Below are positions 58,485-64,000 of a stretch of 64,000 nucleotides of DNA, piece by piece. The first letter of the stretch is position 1. Every line of letters starts with the position of its first letter. The stretch is taken from the NCBI GenBank assembly GCA_963739885.1, contig CAVUCC010000003.1:9580-73579 (forward strand), in the 5' to 3' direction. The stretch comes from an uncultured Chloroflexia bacterium. Its GTDB lineage: Bacteria > Chloroflexota > Limnocylindria > Limnocylindrales > CSP1-4. The translations under genes and the position numbers were made by a program. The notes beneath the pieces are model-generated. The model was not told where the DNA came from. It worked only from the letters and a program-made list of their open reading frames with translations, and did no database searches.

Positions 58485-59583
58485 ATGAGGCTCACGGACG
58501 CCCTCTCCAGACTCCTGCCGCTGTTCGCGATCGGCGTGCTCGTGCTCACGGTCGGGGCCACGCTCGCGGTGGCTGGCGACACCCACGGCTATGACTTCCG
58601 GGCGTACTACGACGCCGCCGCCCGGGTGCTGCACGGGCAGTCCGCCTACGACCAGGCGTACGACCTTGCGGGGGCCGGCGGCCTGTTCTTCTACCCGCCG
58701 ACCTTCATCCCGCTGGTGCTCCCATTCGCCCTGCTGCCGGTGGACGTAGCGACCTGGGCATGGACGGGGCTCATGCTGGCGGCGTTCGCGCTCGCGGTCG
58801 CCGCGATGCCGATCGCGTGGCGCACCCGCTGGTGGATCGTGCTGCTGGCCGGTTTGTCGTGGCCGTTCGTCTACAACATCAAGCTCGGGCAGGTGGGTCC
58901 GTTGCTGCTGCTGCTGTTCGCCTCGGCCTGGCGGTGGCGGGACCGACCGGTGGTGTTCGGCGTCGCGAGCGGGCTCGGGGCAGCGATCAAGGTCCAGCCG
59001 GGCCTCCTGCTGGTGTGGGCCCTGGTGCGACGCGAGTGGGGTGCCGTGCTTGCCGGAGCCGTGACGCTGGTGGGCCTGGCCGGCGTGGCCTTGCTCCTGA
59101 CCGGTCCGGTGGCGTGGCCCGACTTCGCAGGCCTGCTGACCCGCGTGTCGCGACCCGATCGCGACCCCGCAGAACGTGACGCCCGGCGCGATCGCCTGGC
59201 AGCTCGGCGCGTCGCGGACGATGGCGGAAGCGATCCAGGTCGCGACCATGGTGACGGTGGCCGCCGTCTTCATCGTGGCCACGATCTGGCTGCCGGTGGA
59301 GGCGTCGCTCATGGTGGCGATCATCGCGACGCAGCTCGCGTCGCCGATCCTCTGGGACCACTACGCGATCGTGCTGCTGCTGCCGGTGGCCTGGCTGCTG
59401 GACCGCGGCCACGTGTGGGCCGTTCTGATCCCGCTGGTGACCCCGGTGTTCCTGGTCGGCACCACGCCACCGGTCGTCTACCCCATCGTGTTCGCGGCGA
59501 CGCTGCTGGCCGTGGTGGTCGAGGGCTACCGGGATCGTGTGCGGTCGCTTCCGGTTTCTCGAGGCGTGCCGGCCCGTGCGTGA
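58485..59583 (+). pseudogene. DUF2029 / GT87-like glycosyltransferase (paralogue 3), frameshifted at about 59151
   Basis: GYDFRAYYDAAARVLHGQSAYD...LFFYPP, LGQVGPLLLLL, IKVQPG and ...LLTRVS are in ORF 58485... The sequence continues as DPIATPQNVTPGAIAWQLG...ILWDHYAIVLLLP in ORF 59176..59583. There is one extra base at 59151. Confidence 0.75.
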
Positions 59584-60456
59584 GGTCAACTGGCTCCGGC
59601 TCGGACGGGACGCGCTGGTCCTTCTCGGGATCCTCGCGGCGGTCGCGATGTGGTGGTTCTACACATTCGGAGGGCTGGGGCAGCCGGTCGACGTCCGCTA
59701 CTACTGGGCGGCGGATCCCGGCCACCTCTATCTGCACCCGGAGCTGGCGGAGAAGAACGGGTACAACTATACGCCCGCCTTCGAGTACGTGGTCGGCTGG
59801 GGAAGGTTGCTCCCGTTCGACGTGTTCGTGGCGATCTGGCGGGCGATCCTGCTTGGCGGCCGTCGTCTACCTCGCCGGGCCGCTGACACTGCCGGTGCTC
59901 CTGACGGTCCCGGTCGCGTCGGAGATCAACGCCGGCAACATCCAGATCCTGCTCGCACTGGCGATCGTGCTGGGGTTCCGGTGGGCCGGGCGCGTGGGCG
60001 TTCGTGCTGCTGACCAAGGTGACCCCGGGAGTCGGGTTGCTGTGGTTTCTGGTGCGCCGTGAGTGGCGTCCGCTGCTGATCGCGGGTGGGGTGACCGGCG
60101 TCCTGTTGCTGGCGTCGCTCGTGACCCATGGCAGCCAGTGGCCCGGCTACCTCGACCTCATCACCAGCGGCGCGTCCCCGGCCGTGGCGCCCTACTACCT
60201 GCCGCTGTGGGTCCGGTTGCCGCCGGCGATCGCGCTGATCGTGATCGGCGCCCGGCTCGGCTGGCGCTGGACCGTGGTTGCCGGCTCCACGCTTGCGCTG
60301 CCGGTGTTCTACATCATCAGCTGGTCGATGCTGGTGGGCATGCTGCCGTTCGTGCGGGAAGCCGGCGGCCGTTGGCTCGCTGCGCACGGGTGGTCGCTGG
60401 AGCGCGCCGATCGGGGTCGCCGTGCGATGGCGGAGCCGAGGGTCTCAGCGTCGTGA
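59576..60456 (+). pseudogene. DUF2029 / GT87-like glycosyltransferase (paralogue 4), two frameshifts (about 59855 and about 59989)
   Basis: The protein can be read through three frames. Frame 1 gives VREVNWL...VDVRYYWAADPGHLY...FDVFVAIWRAILL. Frame 2 gives AAVVYLAGPLTLPVLLTVPVASEINAGNIQILLALAIVLGFRWA. Frame 3 gives GAWAFVLLTKVTPGVGLLWFLV... to the stop at 60456. The extra bases lie in GG (59855-59856) and GGG (59988-59990). GTG 59576 overlaps the upstream stop (ATG 59537 is an alternative start). Confidence 0.65.
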
Positions 60457-61364
60457 CAACTGCGATAGACGAGCCCGCATCAGCGAAGAGTTGGCCGGCG
60501 CCCTGGCTCGTCGCCCTCGCCGCGATCGGGGCCACGCTGCTGCTGGTGGTCGCCATCAACCGCTGGGCCACACCGTCTGACGAGCACGCCTACTGGCTGG
60601 CCGCTCAGCACCTGGCTGCGGGACAGCCACTCTATGACGCAACCGCCGAACCCGGCACCCCATACGCTTATTGGTATCCCCCACCCATTGCGCAGGCGCT
60701 TGCGCCGCTCACGCCGTTCATCTCGTCCGCGGCGTTCACCGCCGCGTGGACGGTGATGCTCCTCGCCTGTCTGGTGTTCCTCGGCAATCGGCGCGTGCTG
60801 GTCTCGCTGGCGCTCGTCGCCTACCTGCCCGTCGCCGTTGAGCTGTGGTTCCGGAACGTTCACCTGTTGCTTGCCGTGCTGATAGTCCTCGCCCTTCGCC
60901 GGTCGCCGCTGTTCTGGGTTCCGGCAGCAGCCATCAAGGTGACCCCGGTCCTCGGCATCCCTTTCCTGTTGGCGGCCCGCCGGTATCGCGAGGCCGCCCT
61001 GACCGTCGTCGTGGGTGGGGTGGTGCTCATGATCAGCCTTGCCCTCTCGCCCGATGTCTGGCGCCAGTTCTTGGACGTGGTCGTCAGCAAGGGAGGCACC
61101 AGTGGGTCGAGCCTGGTCCCTGTCCCGTTCCCGGTCCGCTTCGGGCTTGCGCTCGTGTTGGCCGTGGTGGCCGGCCGCCTGGGGGATCGCCGCGGCGAGG
61201 TGCTCCTCGTCGCTGCGCTCACGATCGGGAACCCCACGCTGTGGATGACGGCGCTGAGCCTGCTTGTCGCCGTCGTGCCCTTGTGGCGATCAGCCCCCAG
61301 CGACTATGCGGCAGGGGCCTCAGCAAAGAGGCCCACACGCTTCGCGATCCCCCTCCGCCGATAG
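60453..61364 (+). CDS. DUF2029 / GT87-like glycosyltransferase (paralogue 5)
   Basis: SDEHAYWLAAQHLAAGQPLYD...YAYWYPPP and IKVTPV. GTG 60453 overlaps the upstream TGA (GTGA). Confidence 0.7.
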   Translation: MTTAIDEPASAKSWPAPWLVALAAIGATLLLVVAINRWATPSDEHAYWLAAQHLAAGQPLYDATAEPGTPYAYWYPPPIAQALAPLTPFISSAAFTAAWTVMLLACLVFLGNRRVLVSLALVAYLPVAVELWFRNVHLLLAVLIVLALRRSPLFWVPAAAIKVTPVLGIPFLLAARRYREAALTVVVGGVVLMISLALSPDVWRQFLDVVVSKGGTSGSSLVPVPFPVRFGLALVLAVVAGRLGDRRGEVLLVAALTIGNPTLWMTALSLLVAVVPLWRSAPSDYAAGASAKRPTRFAIPLRR

Positions 61365-63424
61365 AGCACGAACGCGGCCCCATAGCACACGGCAACGACC
61401 AGCAGCAGCGCGCGGAAGCCGGTTAGCAGGGCGACATACTCGAGCGCCCCGCCGAGCATCGCGCCCAACAGGTTCGAGGCGAACGCCATGTCCGCCTCCG
61501 CGGTGTCACGGAACGAGTAGGTGAACACGAGGTTGGCGAAGAACACGGGCGCGAACGCGATCGCGCTGGCGAGGACGTAGCGCAGCTCGGGGGGATCGAT
61601 CAGCAGACTGTCGGCCGGGACGAGGTAGGCCACGGCGATCGATGCGAACAAGGCCACATAGAGCGGTACTGGACTCCGCGTGCTGATGCGGGCGTTCAGC
61701 AGGATGGCCAGCAGGACGCTCGCCAGGATGGCGAAGAACGCCATCGCGTTGACGATCCAGGTCGTTCCGAACAGCAGGCTGAAGGACACGAGGCTCTTGG
61801 TTTCGAGCAGCAGGAAGGCGACGCCGAGCGCGAAGAAATGTGGCTTGAAGCGCCCGATCGGCGTGTGGGTGACGCGTGTCGCGCCGAGGACGCTGGCCAG
61901 GGCCAGCAGCAGGAGGAAGCCGAGCGCCACCAGGTAGTAGGGGGCGATCTCCGGGACGCGCAGGTACAGGAACGGCCAGTCGTCGGTTGCCAGCTGCGGC
62001 GCGGGCTGCCCGACGCGCGGGACCGGATCCGAGCCATCGCCGGGCGGTGGAGCGCCGCCGAGCGCGTCGACCGCGGGGCCCGCTGCCAGGACCGCTTCCG
62101 CCGGTCCGACGAGGCGTACGAGGCGGTGCGGGCCGAACACCGAACCCAGCATCGAGTCGAGCTTCGCGACGATCCAGGGCTCGCGATACAGGTTGTACAT
62201 CACGAACATGCCGTCGGGTGCGAGGTGGTCCCTGGCGGCCTGGAACGCTTCGGTGGTGAACAGGAACGACTCCAGCCGGACGTTGGACATCGAGCTCGCG
62301 AGCGTCAGCGAGTCGGTCAGGCCGAGGACGATCAGGTCGTACCGGTCGTTGGTCGCGTTCAGGAACGCGCGTCCGTCGTCGACGTGCACGGTGACGCGCG
62401 GGTCCGCGTAGACGCCCTCGGGATGGAAGTCCCGGCCGATCTCGGCCAGCAAGGGATCGATCTCGACCGCATCCACGTGTTGGGCGCCGCGCGCCAGGGC
62501 CAGGGCCACGTCCGATCCCGAGCCTGCCCCGATGATCAGCACGCGATCGTACGTTCGATCGGGAAACCATCGGTAGGCCTGGCTGTGCATCGGGCTCTGC
62601 GCGGCGGCCGTGGAGTCGAGCATCGTCTGGTGCGGGATGCCGTCCACGTACATCGCGTAGGGCGGCCCCGCAGCCGTGTTGCTGATCGAGGTCCTCGCTC
62701 CATCAGTCGTCCAGGCCGTGATGCGGTAGTACGGCGACCACATGTCCTCGCTCGCCCGGCCGACCAGGGCGCTCGAGACGATGACCAGCAGCATCGCCGC
62801 GCCACCCAGCGCCGACCAGGGTGTGGGGCCGGTGCCCAGCGCGAGCAGCAGGATCAGCCCGCCGAGGAACGCGAACCAGACCGTCGGGTCGGTGCCCAGG
62901 TACGACATGACCGCGAAGCTCGCGATCCCTGCCATCGATCCGGCGATGTCGACGGCGTAGGCGCGAAGCGGCGGCATCGCTTTGAGCAGCGGTCCGAGCG
63001 GCAGCGCGAGCGAAGCCGTGAGCGCCGTGACGAGCACGATCAGGAGCGGCAGGACGATGAAGTTCACGTCGGCGCTGTGCGATGCCTGGAGCCCGAAGAA
63101 CACCTCGCTGGTGCCTCGGACCTGGACGTTGAGCTGTGCCCCGTACACCAGAAGCACCGTGGGCAGCAGGAGCAGGGGGAACGGCGACACCAGAAGGCGC
63201 GGTGCGCGTCGGCCGAGAAGGATTCCGAGCCCGATGCCCAGGAAGCTGGCCATCAGCAGGAAGTTCGTGAAGAAGCCGACGTACTTGACGTTCGCCGGGA
63301 CCCAGCGGATCAGCAGCAGCTCCGCGAACAGCACGCTTGCGCTAGTCAGGAACAGGCGCACGGCCGGCCGCGCCAGGACGCCAACCGGAGGGATCGGGCG
63401 GCGGGGATCCGGAACGCGGAGCAT
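61304..63424 (-). CDS. Membrane-embedded spermidine synthase-fold (SAM-dependent transferase-like) protein
   Basis: The N-terminus has about 7 TM helices. The central domain (RVLIIGAGSGSDVALALARGAQHVDAVEIDPLL, VHVDDGRAFL, YDLIVLGLTDS) is of PABS/spermidine synthase type. A C-terminal TM bundle follows. The 3' end overlaps the convergent GT87 paralogue 5 by 61 nt. Confidence 0.7.
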   Translation of the reverse strand: MLRVPDPRRPIPPVGVLARPAVRLFLTSASVLFAELLLIRWVPANVKYVGFFTNFLLMASFLGIGLGILLGRRAPRLLVSPFPLLLLPTVLLVYGAQLNVQVRGTSEVFFGLQASHSADVNFIVLPLLIVLVTALTASLALPLGPLLKAMPPLRAYAVDIAGSMAGIASFAVMSYLGTDPTVWFAFLGGLILLLALGTGPTPWSALGGAAMLLVIVSSALVGRASEDMWSPYYRITAWTTDGARTSISNTAAGPPYAMYVDGIPHQTMLDSTAAAQSPMHSQAYRWFPDRTYDRVLIIGAGSGSDVALALARGAQHVDAVEIDPLLAEIGRDFHPEGVYADPRVTVHVDDGRAFLNATNDRYDLIVLGLTDSLTLASSMSNVRLESFLFTTEAFQAARDHLAPDGMFVMYNLYREPWIVAKLDSMLGSVFGPHRLVRLVGPAEAVLAAGPAVDALGGAPPPGDGSDPVPRVGQPAPQLATDDWPFLYLRVPEIAPYYLVALGFLLLLALASVLGATRVTHTPIGRFKPHFFALGVAFLLLETKSLVSFSLLFGTTWIVNAMAFFAILASVLLAILLNARISTRSPVPLYVALFASIAVAYLVPADSLLIDPPELRYVLASAIAFAPVFFANLVFTYSFRDTAEADMAFASNLLGAMLGGALEYVALLTGFRALLLVVAVCYGAAFVLYRRRGIAKRVGLFAEAPAA

Positions 63425-63458
63425 GAGCGGAAGGGTAGCGGCGGGCCGAGGTTAGGCA

Positions 63459-64000
63459 ATGGCCCATGTGGCGGTCATCCAGACATGGATCGCCCGGGTC
63501 TTCCGCCGTACCTCCGCTACCCTGCGTCTCGTGCTCCCTCCGCCGCAATTCTCGTCTCGGCGCCGCGAGTTGACGATCGGCATCTGCGTCGCCTTGGCGG
63601 CGTTCCTCGTCTACTGGCTGTCGAACCGGCTGTACGACGCGGGCCGCGGGGACCTGTTCTATCTCGCGGACTCGTTCCTCCACGGGCACACCTGGATCGA
63701 CGTCGTGCTGGGCCCCAACGACGTGATCTACTTCGGCGGCCACGCGTACGTCCCGTTCGCGCCGTTCCCCGCCATCGCGCTGATGCCCCTGGTCGCCCTG
63801 ATCGGCCCGGTGACCGCCGACCAGTGGGAGACCGGGATCAACGCCGGGTTGGCCGCGTTCGTCGTGTTCCTGGCGTGGTGGGCGTCGGGCCGGATCGGCG
63901 TCACCCGGTGGCGGGATCGCCTCGCGCTCGCGGTGCTGCTCGGCTTCTCGACCCAGGTGTGGTGGGTGACCACCCGTGGCGGCGTGTGGCACACGGGCCA
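63459..64000 (+). CDS. GT-C type membrane glycosyltransferase, N-terminal 180 codons (runs off the right edge)
   Basis: Hand translation from ATG 63459 gives MAHVAVIQ...LTIGICVALAAFLVYWLSNRLYDAGRGDLFYLADSFLHGHTWID...PFAPFPAIALMPLV...STQVWWVTTRGGVWHTG. There is no stop before 64000, so it is absent from the ORF track. The acidic first loop and TM pattern resemble the other GT-C genes. Confidence 0.55.
   Translation, partial: MAHVAVIQTWIARVFRRTSATLRLVLPPPQFSSRRRELTIGICVALAAFLVYWLSNRLYDAGRGDLFYLADSFLHGHTWIDVVLGPNDVIYFGGHAYVPFAPFPAIALMPLVALIGPVTADQWETGINAGLAAFVVFLAWWASGRIGVTRWRDRLALAVLLGFSTQVWWVTTRGGVWHTG

Overview
This is a very GC-rich chromosomal segment (GC content not computed). Gene order resembles monoderm, Actinobacteria-type genomes: prfA-prmC-tsaC-wecA directly upstream of the ATP synthase operon is the arrangement known from Mycobacterium. 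The long antisense ORFs in the six-frame track are GC artefacts.

Content, left to right:
- 0-19 kb, housekeeping and small accessory modules: a threonine-aldolase gene start, tRNA-Asp, CapA-like protein, PIG-L/Mca-like deacetylase, YbaK, a CoA-transferase, nirK plus nitrilase plus an Rrf2 regulator, DUF1385-prfA-prmC-HAD-tsaC, a large DUF360/alkaline-phosphatase-superfamily membrane fusion, a kdpE-like relic and glyA.
- 19-36 kb: wecA, the complete F1Fo operon (atpI-like, atpBEFHAGDC), murA (Asp active-site variant), mreB, PHP phosphoesterase, a UPF0104 flippase-like protein, an XRE regulator, an ArnT/PMT-like GT-C, nfo, hpf and comF.
- 37-41 kb: a sorC-fba-HAD-dhaL-dhaK operon with a perfect 16-bp palindrome at its 5' end.
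- 41.4-49.1 kb: a monoderm Tad/Flp pilus locus with DUF192, tadC, tadB, cpaF, receiver-CpaE, cpaB, three flp genes and an unlisted 54-aa Flp-like gene.
- 49.1-52.2 kb: a DegS/DegU-like kinase-regulator-kinase trio in which one kinase has lost its ATP-binding boxes.
- 52.2-64 kb: a dense array of polytopic GT-C glycosyltransferases. It holds two ArnT/PMT-like genes, five DUF2029/GT87-like paralogues and one more at the right edge, plus a single GT2 polyprenyl-phosphate-sugar synthase and a membrane spermidine-synthase-fold protein.

The most interesting signal is that this glycosyltransferase array is joined by overlapping stop/start codons to the two-component system and the pilin genes.

Caveat: at least eight single-nucleotide indels, mostly in short G or T runs, break otherwise well-conserved genes (glyA, cpaF twice, four glycosyltransferase genes). 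This looks like assembly error rather than biology. I recognised no CRISPR array, transposase, integrase or rRNA.
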